Below are positions 1 through 12,410 of a stretch of DNA of 64,000 nucleotides, piece by piece. The notes under the pieces were generated by a model. The model worked only from the letters and a program-made list of their open reading frames with translations. It had not been told where the DNA came from and searched no databases. The position numbers and the translations under genes are program-made. The stretch is from Diplonema japonicum (taxonomy: Eukaryota; Protista; Euglenozoa: Diplonemea): the NCBI GenBank assembly GCA_964019335.1, contig OZ025715.1, forward strand, positions 124,001 to 188,000. Reading direction: 5' to 3'. The stretch's first letter is position 1, and every line of letters starts with the position of its first letter.

Positions 1-473
1 GCGATTACCTTGATGCCCACCGAGTTGTTTTTTCGTGGTTCCATGACTTTTATTGTTGTCGGGATAACACTGTCGTCAACAGACAACCACTTGCCAGGGG
101 TCCGCACAGTCCTACACCGGTTGACAATGATGTCAAGAAACCTGCGCATGAGGTGCAGTTTCAGGCCTTACTGATGTTTTCCAGGTTGTCAAAGGTGAGG
201 TAGTGCTGTATGTCAACGAATCGGTTTGCTCATTTTCTCAAGAGCCGGGATGGTTAAAATAGAATCTGTTGTCCAGTAGCTCTTCATGTTCGGTGCCGAG
301 CGTAAACCCATTAACAGGACCAACCCAAGCCAAATTTTGTACTCTGGGATGGAAAGATTCAGATTCCGCTGTTTTTTTGAACCGAAACGACCGTTCGTGG
401 AAGATACTATGAGCTCAAGTACCGCGTGTGTAAAAAAAAAGATTAAAAACACCCTCCTCATTGGCCGCTTCAC
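1..473 (-). pseudogene. piggyBac-type transposase remnant (stops/frameshifts; runs off window start)
   Basis: ORF 213-473 reads FFTHAVLELIVSSTN...EYKIWLGLVLLMG...KSYWT...EKMS, typical of the N-terminal part of piggyBac transposases. Broken frames downstream give RTPGKWLSVDD, like the PG..LSVDE first catalytic-Asp motif. Confidence 0.75.
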
Positions 474-866
474 CTAGAGGTGTCCAACGCCCACCTTTTC
501 ACGGAAATGATATGCTCCAGGCCTTTGGGAGTATTTCTCCCACCCAAGCATGGTTTCCGGCCCCTCTTTGACCGCCTCATCGTCTTTTTCTTCTTTATCT
601 GACCAGTCGGGGGAGACTCACGTTTTCGCTGCTATTTTGACCATCTGATTTCATTTTAAGTCAACCCTGCCGGTTTCAATTAAAACAAAACTTTTAACAA
701 AATGTAGTTTCAAGACAAAATAAACCGCGCAACAATGCCATATTTTGAAGTCCAGGGGCCGTGTTCAAAAAAAAAGTACTTAGCGAAAAAGCAAATTTTG
801 AAATAAGGACAAAAACGTCCGCGCGGGCATTTAGGGGATAAAAAAAATTCTCAGGGAGGGGAGGGG

Positions 867-901
<35 letters not shown>

Positions 902-1900
902 ATGACCGAAACCCTGGAATGGCGGCATCTTCCGAAGCCCCACGCGGAAGCCCTGCGAGAGTGTGGTGTTGCAGGAGACAAAGAACGGCTGGTTAACGAG
1001 ATGGAAGGGAGGCTGGACTTCGAGTCGCTGAGCGGAGCAGGCCTTGTAGGGGGCAACAGATACAAACGGCTAGGGGAAGCTGGAAGGGAAGAGGTAGCAG
1101 CCGGGATGGAAAAGATTGGCTACGCCAATATCGCAGAAACAGTGCGAGGCAAGAGGCTCGACGGAAAGGCACTGCAAGAAGCTGAAGAAACCGAAATCCT
1201 GACATTGCTGGGGCTCCCGCATGACGCAAACGCAGCAAATATACTGAGAAAGCTCAGAACCAACAAAGCTTTCGCGGATCTAACCCTCTACGAGGGGACT
1301 ACGGAAAGGAGCCGTGTTGATTGCTTGTTGGACTTGTTTTCCGATTTAGTCCGCTTTGCAGTCTCGGAAGAGCTCACTGCCAGTGCCCTATCTGTCCTCT
1401 GGTCGATCCTCTGGGAGGTCCATTCCACTTCAATGCAACATAAACTTCCGCCTTCAAACAGCACCAGCATCTTCCACACCCTCTTGACCACCCACTCCGT
1501 CCATACTCCTCCTTACGGGCAAAAACTCATAGACCGTAAGTTAGTCCCGTGTATAAAGGCGTTCTTCAATGAAGTATATTTTTCGCAGTACTCTTTTCTG
1601 CTTCAGGTGTATACCTCTGTGGATGTGGTTGATTTTGAGGCGGCCCGGCCTTCTCCTGTGATGCAGCCGCCTGTTCCCGTTCCTTTGAGAAAATCCCTGC
1701 CTTTGGCTGTCAGAGAGCAGCAGGATAAGGAGAAGGAGGAGGCGCAGTTGAAGGAGGAGTCCGAACGAAAGGCGCGGCCCCCTTCCCCGTCGGTGGCGTT
1801 GAAGAATCAGATTTCAGAACTGAGAACATCGGTGCAAAAAGCAGCAGAGGGCGACATAGAAGGTCTGGAGGACCGCATCGCAATGCTGGAGCTGGCGTAG
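902..1900 (+). CDS. CFAP119/C1a-32 (CLAMP)-like flagellar central-pair protein
   Basis: 332-aa ORF; LLTTHSVHTPPY...FFNEVYFSQY resembles the HSV.RPP...YF.HY signature of CFAP119/CCDC189; C-terminal coiled coil. Confidence 0.6.
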   Translation: MTETLEWRHLPKPHAEALRECGVAGDKERLVNEMEGRLDFESLSGAGLVGGNRYKRLGEAGREEVAAGMEKIGYANIAETVRGKRLDGKALQEAEETEILTLLGLPHDANAANILRKLRTNKAFADLTLYEGTTERSRVDCLLDLFSDLVRFAVSEELTASALSVLWSILWEVHSTSMQHKLPPSNSTSIFHTLLTTHSVHTPPYGQKLIDRKLVPCIKAFFNEVYFSQYSFLLQVYTSVDVVDFEAARPSPVMQPPVPVPLRKSLPLAVREQQDKEKEEAQLKEESERKARPPSPSVALKNQISELRTSVQKAAEGDIEGLEDRIAMLELA

Positions 1901-2122
1901 TTTTCTTTTTTCTTTCCCCTACCCCCCCCTGCATAAAGATAATAAGAAGCAAGAAATAAGCAAAAACATCTTTTGCAAAAAAAGTTTTTTTTATAATATT
2001 ATGTCAGATCTGGTTTTTTTTTTTGTTTTGAACTTCCTCTGTTCTTTTTTTAACACTTCAAAAAATTCAAAAGGGGTGGGTGGTGGGGGGAAGAAAAAAA
2101 AAAGAACGAAAAAAAAAAAAAA

Positions 2123-3076
2123 ATGAACCTGCAACGCGTGCCACCAGGCACACCACCAACCCCGGAGGGCACACCCATCACCGTCGCCGCGATGAGGATA
2201 ACAGAACCCCGCCGTCCATTCACGAACGAGGCCCGCCTCGAGGAAGCAGAATGGGAAGCTGAACAGTTTCTGACAGCGGCAAGAAGAGACACAAGGGTAA
2301 CTGTTGAAGAGGAGGAAGTACACAGCACGTACGGCGGCTACGATGTGATCGATCTACTGCCGGTTCTGAAGGAGTTCGAAGACATTGAAATCGCATGCAC
2401 AAAAGGTTCCGTGGACAGCTTGCAAACCTGCGAGTATTCAAGTCCCGACTCAGATATCGTGATCCCCATTGTGCAAGTAACACCAGGCCCCCCCGCACCT
2501 TACCATGCCCCTTCGCCAAGCGAAGATACCGAAGCTAATGTAACAGGACTCGGCGTAGCACAGTACAGCGGCGTGCATGACGACAACGAAGAGCAGTACA
2601 CATACCCAGAACCGCAATCAAAAGTGGAGGACGAGGCCTCAGTGGTACCTTTGCTGAACCCGTTGGATTTGTCACCTGTGAAGAACATTCACGGGGTGGG
2701 ATCGCCTTTGTACGACACTGCAGGAACACCTCTTCCCAGACGGGTAGACGCCAAGGGGCAGATGAGGAGCGGGCAGGCTGAGACGTACCCGTGGGCCCTT
2801 ACACCTACACCTACGAAGTCGAATCGATCTCCTGCTGCGGACAGCGATGACGAGTTGTGGACGCTTTCTATCCTTGAACAGACCCCTCCGAAGCAGCCCA
2901 CGCCCACGCAGCACTCCGAGCAGCTTCCTTCCACCCCGCTTGAGAGACAAAAGAAACCATCCCCCCAAGTGGACAGGTCCCCCCAAGTAGACAGGTCTAT
3001 TTTGCAACAGATAGATATCTCCGAAGAGAACAACGCATCGCCCGTGACGTTGGAAAGTATTCGGGTATGTAGGAAG

Positions 3077-3113
<37 letters not shown>

Positions 3114-3737
3114 CATTTCCAGAACATCGGCCACCGTGTGGAGTTGATAATACAAGACAAGGACAGTGAAATCGAGGCGCTGAAGAGCCGGATAAGAGAA
3201 CTGGAAGCGATGAATGAAAGAAGGACGGCACCAGTTGAACCGGCCCCGGCTCCGAGAGTTGAAAAAAAAATGAAGGAGGTAGGGGTGCAGGAGGTAGGGG
3301 TACAGGAGGTACCGGAGGATCAGGGGATGCTGGCGGAGGTCATCAACGCGGCTGCGAAGATGACTCGGGAACAGCCGCTGCCGTTGGTGCAGCTTGCCCC
3401 AGAGGAAGTCAAGGTTCTGGAGAAGAAATGTCAGACCCTTGAAGGGGTGGTGGCACATGTTGAATCTCTTGCACACACTAACGCGCTTCTTGCCATACGG
3501 TGTTTGGATTCTCTTATTACGACCACCCCTTCAGGGGTCTCGCGGTTGTCCACCTCCAGGCCAGCGATTTCTTTGCAGCCGAACCCCAGCCCGCAACTCT
3601 CCCCCGAGCTCCTCGTCGCCTCCAACACCAACGCCCACCTCACCACCGTGGTTTCTAAGCTCGTCGGTGTGACCGTACAACAGCAACGCCGCATCAGCCA
3701 ATTGTTGCTTTTGCTCGGCATGTCTAATGCAAAATAG
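2123..3737 (+). CDS. hypothetical low-complexity/coiled-coil protein, 2 exons (2123-3064, 3123-3737)
   Basis: GTATGT...poly(A)...TTCCAG intron 3065-3122 joins ORF 2123 in frame to ORF 3138. Confidence 0.7.
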
Positions 3738-3980
3738 TATACGTAGATTTTCTTTCTTCTCTTTTTTTTTTTCTTTTTTTCTAGATTCCCCTTCCCCCCC
3801 CCCCCCCCCCCCTTAGAGGTTTTTTGTTATTGTAGTTATCAAAACACAAGAGTAACTTGCCTATTATTATTATTTTCCCTCCCCCTTCCTTCCCCCCTCC
3901 CCTTTTTTTTATATATTTAGAAGAGGAGGGAGGGAGGGAGGGGGGGAGGGAACACAATTAAAAAAAAAAAATATATATAT

Positions 3981-5342
3981 ATGCGTGCAATAACAGTGTT
4001 GTTGGCAACCGTAGTGGCGTTATCAACGGGTGCGTCGCCTCCCTTATACAACGTGGATTTGGACCTTCAGGAGGGCGAGAGGTGGAATCAGGTGTGCGGT
4101 GCTTTTAAAGAAAAGATCAAGGCGTGGTACCTTGAAGTGGAGGGGGCCATCAAATCGGACGGATTTGACTTTTATCTAACGGACGCAGAGGCGGCCTTAA
4201 ACACGCTCCCGTACAGCGGGGAAATAAGAGGACTCGCGGAATGCACGGGTGTGGACCCTAAAACAGCCGCAGGCGTCAATTTCGTGTACACGCTGCTTGC
4301 TGCGAAATCCTTAGGCACGACCCTTCCATGGGAAGGTATCGGTACCATCGCAAACGGCCCCACACACCTCTTCCAAAGTTTGAACTACTACGCAAGTAAG
4401 TACGAACAAGTAGCTTCCCTTCGTGAGCTTGTCATCGAGGTCCGATTCATGAAATCGGGCTCTGTTCTGTACAGGGGAACGACCATAGCGGGGCTGGTTA
4501 TATTATGGGCCGGGCAACGTCCGGACTCATTCGGTGTTCAGGGCACCGCGAGGAGAATGGGAAGCGTGTTTTCAAACATTGCGGAGTTGGGCATCGGTGG
4601 GGTCCCGCCGGGCATCGCTCTGCGGCAGGTGTTAGAGACGAAAACCACGTTTTCAGAAGCTGTTTCCGAACTGTCAACAGTAGACCTTGCAGCAAACGTT
4701 TACTTCATTATTTCAGGGTCTGAGCAAGGGCAAGGTATTGTCGTTGCACGTAATTATACACAGCCTGTTGAAGCTGTTACATATGCGGTGGGTGTCCCTG
4801 TTGTTATCGATGGAGTTGAAAACCCTTCTTCCTGGTATATTGTTGAGACGAATTATGAGTTGTCAGACCCGACTAGTGATCCTAGGAGGGGGCAGATGGT
4901 GCAGGCTTTGAATGATGTTGGAACAGCTCAGTTGACGTTTAACAAGCTTCAGACTATTTTGCAGTCGGCGAATTTTCTCACAGCCTCGTCCGTCTTCACC
5001 GTGACGATGTCCCCTGGGCAGAATGCGTACCACTGTGAGGTGTCCGATATTTTACCAAACCCACCACCGCCTTCTTCGTCATCGTCCGGTCAAGGTACAA
5101 CTTTTATTATTATTCTTGTTTGCGGGCTTGTTGTTGCCGTGATCGTTTATTTTGTGTCTCAGAAGGACCATCGTGAAAAGCTGATGCGTATCAAGGAGAG
5201 GTTGCGAAAGGAACGAGCTGGGACCATGGATAGATCCAGCGCCGTGGAGGCGACCACCTACTCTACGTTCGATGGGGAGAAGGACGCAGCCCCTGTACAG
5301 GAAGAGGGGAAAGGTCGGGCGACCTCTCCGGTGCCTGTTTGA
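3981..5342 (+). CDS. NAAA/acid ceramidase-like Ntn-hydrolase with signal peptide and C-terminal TM helix; catalytic Cys apparently absent
   Basis: YNVDLDL..ERW, EIRGLA, GTTIAGLVILWAGQRP, YFIISG...GIVVAR, IVETNY...DPRR match the acid ceramidase/NAAA family; TM segment FIIILVCGLVVAVIVYFV. Confidence 0.8.
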   Translation: MRAITVLLATVVALSTGASPPLYNVDLDLQEGERWNQVCGAFKEKIKAWYLEVEGAIKSDGFDFYLTDAEAALNTLPYSGEIRGLAECTGVDPKTAAGVNFVYTLLAAKSLGTTLPWEGIGTIANGPTHLFQSLNYYASKYEQVASLRELVIEVRFMKSGSVLYRGTTIAGLVILWAGQRPDSFGVQGTARRMGSVFSNIAELGIGGVPPGIALRQVLETKTTFSEAVSELSTVDLAANVYFIISGSEQGQGIVVARNYTQPVEAVTYAVGVPVVIDGVENPSSWYIVETNYELSDPTSDPRRGQMVQALNDVGTAQLTFNKLQTILQSANFLTASSVFTVTMSPGQNAYHCEVSDILPNPPPPSSSSSGQGTTFIIILVCGLVVAVIVYFVSQKDHREKLMRIKERLRKERAGTMDRSSAVEATTYSTFDGEKDAAPVQEEGKGRATSPVPV

Positions 5343-5457
5343 TGTGGTCAAAAAAAAAAAAAAAAAAAAAAAATCCCGTGTGGTTGTTTATTTTATTTAT
5401 TTACTTTTTTTTGTTTGGTTTATTGTTTCTTTCCTATTTTTTTTTGTTTGCTTGTTT

Positions 5458-5489
<32 letters not shown>

Positions 5490-5716
5490 CTTCCTTGGGA
5501 CGAAAAACCCCTACTTTTTTTTTTTGAGTTTTAATTTCTTGGGGGAAAAAAAAAAATACTCTCCCCTCCTCCCCAAGGAAACGGAACAACAACAAAAAAC
5601 TTCGTGTGTCATGAGGGGGGGGGGGGGGGGGGGGGGGTGCTTCGAACTATATTTTTTCTTTTCAATCCCAAAATTTCTGCTTTTTATATTAAAAAGGGGG
5701 GGGGGGAAGGGCGAAC

Positions 5717-6991
5717 ATGGACAAGCGGAAGCGAGTGAAGAAGCGAAAAAAGCTCAGGCTGCCGTACTGCCTGACGACAGTCCCAAGGAGGGAACGCTCC
5801 CACAGTGCAACCACAACTGTTTTGATTCACAACGGTTACGATGAATGGGTCAACCCGTTCTCAGGCTGCCTCGAAGAAGACCTTGCCCTACCCTGCGTCA
5901 GCCGCCCGAGAACGGTTTCACCAACAGCACAACCACTGTCCCCTTTAATGCGAGACACCATGACAATTCAAATCCAAGCTCTTTTCCCGCAAGTTCAACA
6001 AGACCCACCGAAAGCATCGCAACATAAAAACTGCACGAAAAAGAGTTTAAAAGAAACAAACCATGACTATCTTCAAGATCTCACAACCGCACTAGCGGCA
6101 ACCGACCCCTCCAATAGCGTGTCCCAAGGAAAATCGCGGACGAGGGTTCTAGACACCGCATATGAGGGGAGCGACGGAATGCCATTAACGGAAGAACTGG
6201 AAGAATTTGTAAAAAAGTTTTTCATGAACGGGCTTCTCGAAAAACCGGCTGTGTTGAAAACCTGCAGGAGCAAGCTCGGTGCTAGCTCATTCAAACTCAA
6301 AACCAACAAACCTTTTAATAAAACTGCCCCCGACCTGGACATGATCACCAGTGTGTACCACAAGATTGTCCTTCTTAAACGGAAACACGGCGATGCTGCA
6401 GTTTGCAACACACAGTACCTTATTTCACAACTCTCCATCGATCCAACATGTAAAGCACCATCACGGTACGAGGCTGCATGTATACAAGCTTCTTTTGAAG
6501 GAATGCGGCAAGGACGTGGCATTCCAATTGAGGTGTTAAAATCCCACAACTGGACATTCTGCGGGCAGACCCTCGACATGCAAATGTTCAAAACAATCGA
6601 TAAAGGACGATGCGGGTGCTTGAAGCTCGACGAGATCATCAAACACTTTTACCCTTCGCTGGAGATGAAGGAGATCCGGTGCCTCATGAAAGAACAGCAC
6701 AGCGAGTTTAAAAAACCCTCTATTACATCACTCAACGGGCCTAACTGGCTTGCCAAATACCCTTCGTACGTCCTTCAGGATATCTATGAGCTGTTTAAGC
6801 GGTCCGGTGCCAACCTCTCTACTGGATTACTGAACATCGACGACTTCATTGCGAGCTACGCAAGCGAGGCGAACGGGAGCACCCCGCTGGCCGGGGGGGA
6901 CGTCCGCGAGGTGTTCCAAACCGATTGGATCGATTTGGAGACCTTTGCAGACGCGGTGAACACAGCCTTTGATGAGGTGGAGAGGTTTTGA
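5717..6991 (+). CDS. hypothetical protein with degenerate EF-hand-like motifs
   Basis: 424-aa ORF; MFKTIDKGRCGCLKLDEII resembles an EF-hand loop. Confidence 0.6.
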   Translation: MDKRKRVKKRKKLRLPYCLTTVPRRERSHSATTTVLIHNGYDEWVNPFSGCLEEDLALPCVSRPRTVSPTAQPLSPLMRDTMTIQIQALFPQVQQDPPKASQHKNCTKKSLKETNHDYLQDLTTALAATDPSNSVSQGKSRTRVLDTAYEGSDGMPLTEELEEFVKKFFMNGLLEKPAVLKTCRSKLGASSFKLKTNKPFNKTAPDLDMITSVYHKIVLLKRKHGDAAVCNTQYLISQLSIDPTCKAPSRYEAACIQASFEGMRQGRGIPIEVLKSHNWTFCGQTLDMQMFKTIDKGRCGCLKLDEIIKHFYPSLEMKEIRCLMKEQHSEFKKPSITSLNGPNWLAKYPSYVLQDIYELFKRSGANLSTGLLNIDDFIASYASEANGSTPLAGGDVREVFQTDWIDLETFADAVNTAFDEVERF

Positions 6992-7151
6992 AGGGGGGGG
7001 AGGGGGGAATTCCCATTTTAATCTTAAATCGGCCTTTTTTTTTACAAAAAAGGGTGCTCTGGTTTTTTTTTTTTTTTTTTTTTTTACAAAAAAAAGTTTT
7101 TCAAAAAAAAAAAAGTTGGGGGTGGGAGAAAAGAAAAAAAAAAAAAAAAGA

Positions 7152-7634
7152 ATGAACCAAGCTTCAATCTCGCCTTTGCGCAGCGAAGGTGACACAGCGG
7201 TCAAAAGCACCCCACAACGGGTGCAGCCTGTGTCCATATGCGTTGGGAGGTCACCGTTGGAGAGTGTGTTTGCTAGGCGTGACGATGAGGCTAAAGAAGT
7301 GATTCAAGAAGTGATGAAGATGGGAGGGAGGTCCCTGTCTCCGATGAGGCCTGCGAAGGCGGTGGTGGAAAAAACTCCAGCCCTGCCTCCACCCCCGCAA
7401 TTCTCCTTCCCACCTCCTCAGCTGCCTATGCAATCCCCGGTTAGAAAGGTAATGGCGAAAAGCTCACCTGTCAGAGTGGAGACCTCCCCTACCCGCAAAA
7501 AAAAAGCACATAAGTACGACCCTGGTTCCCTCAGGGCGGGCCTTGACGCAGAAATACGACTTGAGAGACTCCTCAGCGAACGTCTTGCTGCCAAGGAAAA
7601 TGAGATTGCCGCTTTAAAAGCAGCCCTGCTTTGA
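7152..7634 (+). CDS. hypothetical Pro-rich/coiled-coil protein
   Basis: ATG follows a poly(A) leader as in the neighbouring genes; 160-aa coding-like composition. Confidence 0.5.
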   Translation: MNQASISPLRSEGDTAVKSTPQRVQPVSICVGRSPLESVFARRDDEAKEVIQEVMKMGGRSLSPMRPAKAVVEKTPALPPPPQFSFPPPQLPMQSPVRKVMAKSSPVRVETSPTRKKKAHKYDPGSLRAGLDAEIRLERLLSERLAAKENEIAALKAALL

Positions 7635-7865
7635 TGGACAGATTGTACCCCTCTCCCCGCTTCCTTCTAAAAAAAAAATAAAATGTATCTTTTTTTTTTT
7701 TTTTTTCTTTCACCTGTCGTTTAATAACTTTTTTTTTTTTTTTGTTACCCTGCCCTTTGTAAGCATGCTCTCTTTTCTTTTTTCTTTTTTTTTTTTTTTT
7801 TTTTTTTGTACTATACCCCGTCTGATCAAAGGGCCTAAGGAGGCGGGACATTATTTAAAAAAAAA

Positions 7866-9233
7866 ATGGACCCTCTTGGAGGATTGAATGGATTCCTTCA
7901 GGAAATCGTGTCCGAGGTGAAACAAGTCCACTCTGACTTGAACTCCCTGAAGGACCAGTTCCTGATGCTGAACACAGAAGTACGTTCCGAATATGGCTTG
8001 AAGTATGACAAAAAAAAAAAAAAAAAAAAAATCAGGAACAGAGTGTGTGTGATCGAGGCCAGCTTGCATTCGGTTCAGCAACAGTTGAAGAGGGAGAAGA
8101 CAAAGCGTCAGCAGGTGACGGTGACGATTCTTCTTCAGAAGTCGAAGAGGTCATTCTTGGGGGAGTATTTTTCACTGCTGACCCTGCACTCACAGGGGCT
8201 CAAGACAAAACGGAGAAGGCAGGAGGCCGTCCGACAAATCTCAAAAACAACCTCCATCCAAACCTTATCCTGGTTTTTCACAAATTGGAGGCGTTTCCGT
8301 AAAAGGGCCATGAGTAGGGCAACGGGGTATAGAACCGCGAAAAACCTGCTTTTAAAAAATTTAAAAACACATGTTCAAAAGAGGCTGCGAGCATGGCAGA
8401 CACACACGGAACGAAAAACGAGCAGAAAGGATTACAAGAAGGGCGTTGTTATGACGATGGCGAAGGATTTCGAAAACTCAATAAACCACAAACTGCTAAA
8501 ACGATATTTCGACGCAATGGGGAAACGTGTAAGAACACGCTCGGCTTTGCACGCGATCCACCGAGAAGCATGTCTGGCAACCCTCCGGGAAAAATGGGCG
8601 AAATTCATCGATTTTATAGCCATTCAACGGTGGGCCGCCTTGCGAAGAGAAATCTCGACATCTAATGAAAACAGACTTCACCATGCATCGAGGCGTGCAT
8701 CGTACAGAAAGCTCCTGAAGTTCGTTGAAAAAGAAAAATTGAAGAGAACGGCGTGCGAACGCACCACGTTCATACAAATCTGTGCCATAAAAAGTACCCT
8801 TCGAAGGTGTCTTGCAAAACTGAAGCGCAACGCGGAACTAAAACACCGTGCGGCCATGGACCGTAAGGTCGAGCTGAGCCTTTCCACCTTGACCAACACC
8901 AACACCATTCTCAATGAGCTTGTGGAGAGGTTCTTGAATGTGGACCAGCAGATATCCGCGTTGGAGCGTAATAAAATAGGGAGGAAGGAGCTCCAAGGGC
9001 TTGGAGCGGAACGGGAATCCAGCCTGCAAAAAACCGAGGCCGATGCGGAGCGATGCTACTCCCTCCCCTCTGCCAGATCGGGCACTGCGGACTACACTTG
9101 CAGAACTGCAGCTTCACATTCCCCAATTCCCGTGGCGAGACAGCGCGACCATACTCCTTCAGCCCCGCCTGTGGTTCACGATCAAGATGCTTTGTGGGCA
9201 GCACATTTCGCTGATATACAAAGTAGAGAATAA
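7866..9233 (+). CDS. hypothetical basic coiled-coil protein; probable in-frame 33-nt intron 8003-8035
   Basis: 455-aa ORF; its poly-K stretch is bounded by GTATGA...ATCAG. Confidence 0.65.
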   Translation: MDPLGGLNGFLQEIVSEVKQVHSDLNSLKDQFLMLNTEVRSEYGLKYDKKKKKKKIRNRVCVIEASLHSVQQQLKREKTKRQQVTVTILLQKSKRSFLGEYFSLLTLHSQGLKTKRRRQEAVRQISKTTSIQTLSWFFTNWRRFRKRAMSRATGYRTAKNLLLKNLKTHVQKRLRAWQTHTERKTSRKDYKKGVVMTMAKDFENSINHKLLKRYFDAMGKRVRTRSALHAIHREACLATLREKWAKFIDFIAIQRWAALRREISTSNENRLHHASRRASYRKLLKFVEKEKLKRTACERTTFIQICAIKSTLRRCLAKLKRNAELKHRAAMDRKVELSLSTLTNTNTILNELVERFLNVDQQISALERNKIGRKELQGLGAERESSLQKTEADAERCYSLPSARSGTADYTCRTAASHSPIPVARQRDHTPSAPPVVHDQDALWAAHFADIQSRE

Positions 9234-9333
9234 AAAAAAAAAAAAAAAAAAAACCCCTACCCCCTCCCCCCACTAGATTTTTAGATATGATATTATTTTA
9301 GAAGAGAGAGGGAAAAAAAAAAAGTTGTGAACT

Positions 9334-9382
<49 letters not shown>

Positions 9383-9457
9383 AGGAGAGAAAAAAAAAAA
9401 AAAGAAGAAAAAAAAAAAAAAAACGACAGTAAAAAGAGAAAAACAAAAAAAAATATA

Positions 9458-9996
9458 ATGGAAGAAACCCAGAATGTGGAAGATGACAGATCGTCTCTTG
9501 ACGAGTCTGAAGACGAGGCGGAGGACGAGTACGCGAACGACGCGCAGCCTATACAGGTCCTTGACAGTCATGATTCGGTGAATGTTAAGCCTATTACAGA
9601 GCGGGTGTGTGTGTGGGGGGGGATAATAAAAATAAAGAAAACACATAGATCACAACAAGATTCTTGACAAAATATGAGCGGGCAAGGGTGCTAGGGACCC
9701 GGGCGCTGCAGATCAGCATGGGTGCTCCCATCAAGGTGGAGCTAGAAGGGGAGACCGACCCGCTGATTATCGCGTCAAAAGAACTGAGAGAAAAGAAAGT
9801 TCCCATTATTATTCGACGAAACTTGCCCGACGGAACGGTGGAGGTAATGTCAAAAACCAATTCAAAAAAAAGAAAAAAAAAAATCCAAAAATAGGACTGG
9901 CCAATTGACGAACTCGTAATTGACATGGACAGAACCATCGATTCGCGTTACAAAAATATTTTCCACGTTGCACCTCCCGATCTTCGTCCTACGTAA
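9458..9996 (+). CDS. RPB6: RNA polymerase subunit RPB6, 3 exons (9458-9604, 9649-9843, 9895-9996)
   Basis: Spliced product ...[29 protein letters not shown]...[20 protein letters not shown]; both GT-AG introns restore the frame. Confidence 0.95.
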
Positions 9997-10105
9997 AAAA
10001 AAAAAAAAAAAAAAAAAAAGCGAGAAATAATAAGTCAAGAGTGTGTTCTTCCCCCCCTTTTTTCCATCATTTGAAATCAAAATCTGTCAAGGGACAAAAA
10101 AAAAA

Positions 10106-12410
10106 ATGTCTGATACGAACGAGGACCCCCCGGAGGAAGAGGAAGAGGAAGAGGAGCACCAAGCCGAACAAGAAGAAGAACCGGAACCCGCTGAAAAGGA
10201 CTGGGAAGATACCATCGAAGTCCAAGGGAAAGACCGGGTTTTAAAAATAAAGATCGCCGAGGGGGACTTCGAGAAATGGGCCATGTACGGTCTCTTTGAC
10301 GACAGCTATTGGATGGTGAAGACCCTCGGCGAAGAAACCGCGCCCAATGCAAATAAAACCGTAACCCTTATAAACACGGGAGCTTTGTGGGAAATATATC
10401 ACCCATCTCACGAAACAGAACAGCAAAATAACACCAAACAAGACGATCCAGAAGAAGAAGACGAAGAAGACAGCAAAGACGAAGCTCGCGAAGACATCGA
10501 CCCTGCATCAACAGAAACCGTCGAACTTGACATTCTGACCCTTATCGTGACACAGAGTCCAGACTGCGGTGGAGTCCTCTTCGGGTACGACACAGTCCAA
10601 ATCAACACAACATGCAAATGGTTCTCTGAGACCATCAATGGCCCTTCTATGTTGAGCTTCGGCAAAATCCTTCTCGACACCGTCGAATTCGCACGGAAGA
10701 AAAACCCCGAAAAAACCTTCAGATCCGATTTCTCGCCGTTTTTCGATTCCGCGAGCTCCGCAGGCGACATAACAACACCAGAGCACCCCAGTGGATTTTT
10801 CGACCATATCCTTGCAACATGGCAAACTGCTGGAATCCAACCTTCAAAAATGATCGATCCAACTTCCCTGCTCCACCAAGACGTCCTTGTCCTTCTTTAC
10901 CGGTTCTTATCCCGCGTCCCGGAGAAGATTCTTGATGAAATTACATGCGCAACAACAACAACAGCTGACGACGACGAACCCACCACACCTGTAATTCTAC
11001 AATGTATATCTCGCACGATTAAAGAAATGGTTGCGCTGAATCAAAAGAAATTCCCGAAAGAATTGTTTCTGTCTTGCCCAGGGTGTCGGGAGATTCATGG
11101 AATCTACAAGAAAAGAGGCAGGGAAGAAGGGAAGCCGAAGTACTACAAGGGCGACCCTGTCCGAGGCGAGCCTGATTTTGTCCTCTCCTTCCACGTGAAC
11201 TACGGGTGGAGGCTGCGGCGAAACGGTTCAGTAATATTCGTTGCGGGCGGTGTCGTGGACCTGCTCCCCACCGATCCAGCAAGGTGGCTGAAAATGGTGG
11301 AGGGGAGCAATCTAGAACGTTCTGTTCCATTATACATAATGCCGTCCGGGCTGCAAAAATCAACCCCTCTCACGAAATATCTTGAAAACCCCACGCACGA
11401 TCCCATCGTCTCGACAAACTACAACAACGGTTCGATTCTGTATTTCTCTGATTTTCTCTTATTAATCATGATGATAGAGTATAGGCGCGGCTTGGCATTG
11501 GGGTTCGAACGGCTTTTGGACTGGAAGCTGCGAAGAAACCGGCCCCTCACAGACCCGATAGGATTCCACCACCTTTTGTTTATGAACAGCCACTTAAGCA
11601 CGCAGGAGTGCGTTTTACGCCTTGTCGAATCGTCCCCGCAGGTATTCAAAGCGTTGGGAAAGGTCCCCCTACGGCCGTTTATAATGACATGTTTACCCCG
11701 TTTCAGTTCTGAAGCGGTCCTCAAACTGGGTTCGATCCTGCATCTTATTGTCGCTGACGCTGAAGAATCCCAACTAGACACCTATGGAACCCAGCTTGCC
11801 CCAACCGATGAGGTTGTTGTTCAGAATTTTGTTAAGAATTGTCGATCCTTTAAGACGCATTATGAAGAAGCATATGAGCTGCTCTCGAAGCGCAACGTGG
11901 TGCCCAAGCTCGTCGAACTGGTCGAAAAGCACGGGCTTCTGTACACTGATGTGTTCCTCTTCCATGCAGTAGAAGCTGGCAACATCGATGTTGTTGAGTA
12001 CTTAATTACAGAGGCAAAGCTTCCTGCGGTGATACGGAAGTCGTTTTACATGGTTTGTAATAATTGGGCAGAAAAAGGAAGGGGAAAAAAAAAAAAAAAA
12101 AAATAGGCGCCAGTGCCCCTGCTCCCGTACGTTGTTGAGAAGAAGCAAACCGACATGTTGCTGATGCTGATACGGAACGGGCACAGCTTGAACGTTGTGT
12201 GGGATTATGGGTCGGTACGTGATATTTGGGGAAAAAAAAAAAAGAAGAAAAAACCTCGCACAGCAAAGCGGAATACAGTACGTACGGGCGCACTACTCGC
12301 AAAGAGACAAGCAACAAATATTCACCTTGTGGAAGGAACTGGAGGCCGATCGCATGAAAGACCCAGAAACGGGTTTCGGGATGCTGAGACCAGCGTCAAG
12401 AGTCTACTAA
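10106..12410 (+). CDS. hypothetical protein with acidic N-terminus and C-terminal ankyrin-like repeats, 3 exons (10106-12052, 12107-12214, 12264-12410)
   Basis: LFHAVEAGNIDVVEYLI ankyrin motif; introns 12053-12106 and 12215-12263 join three ORFs in frame. Confidence 0.7.
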
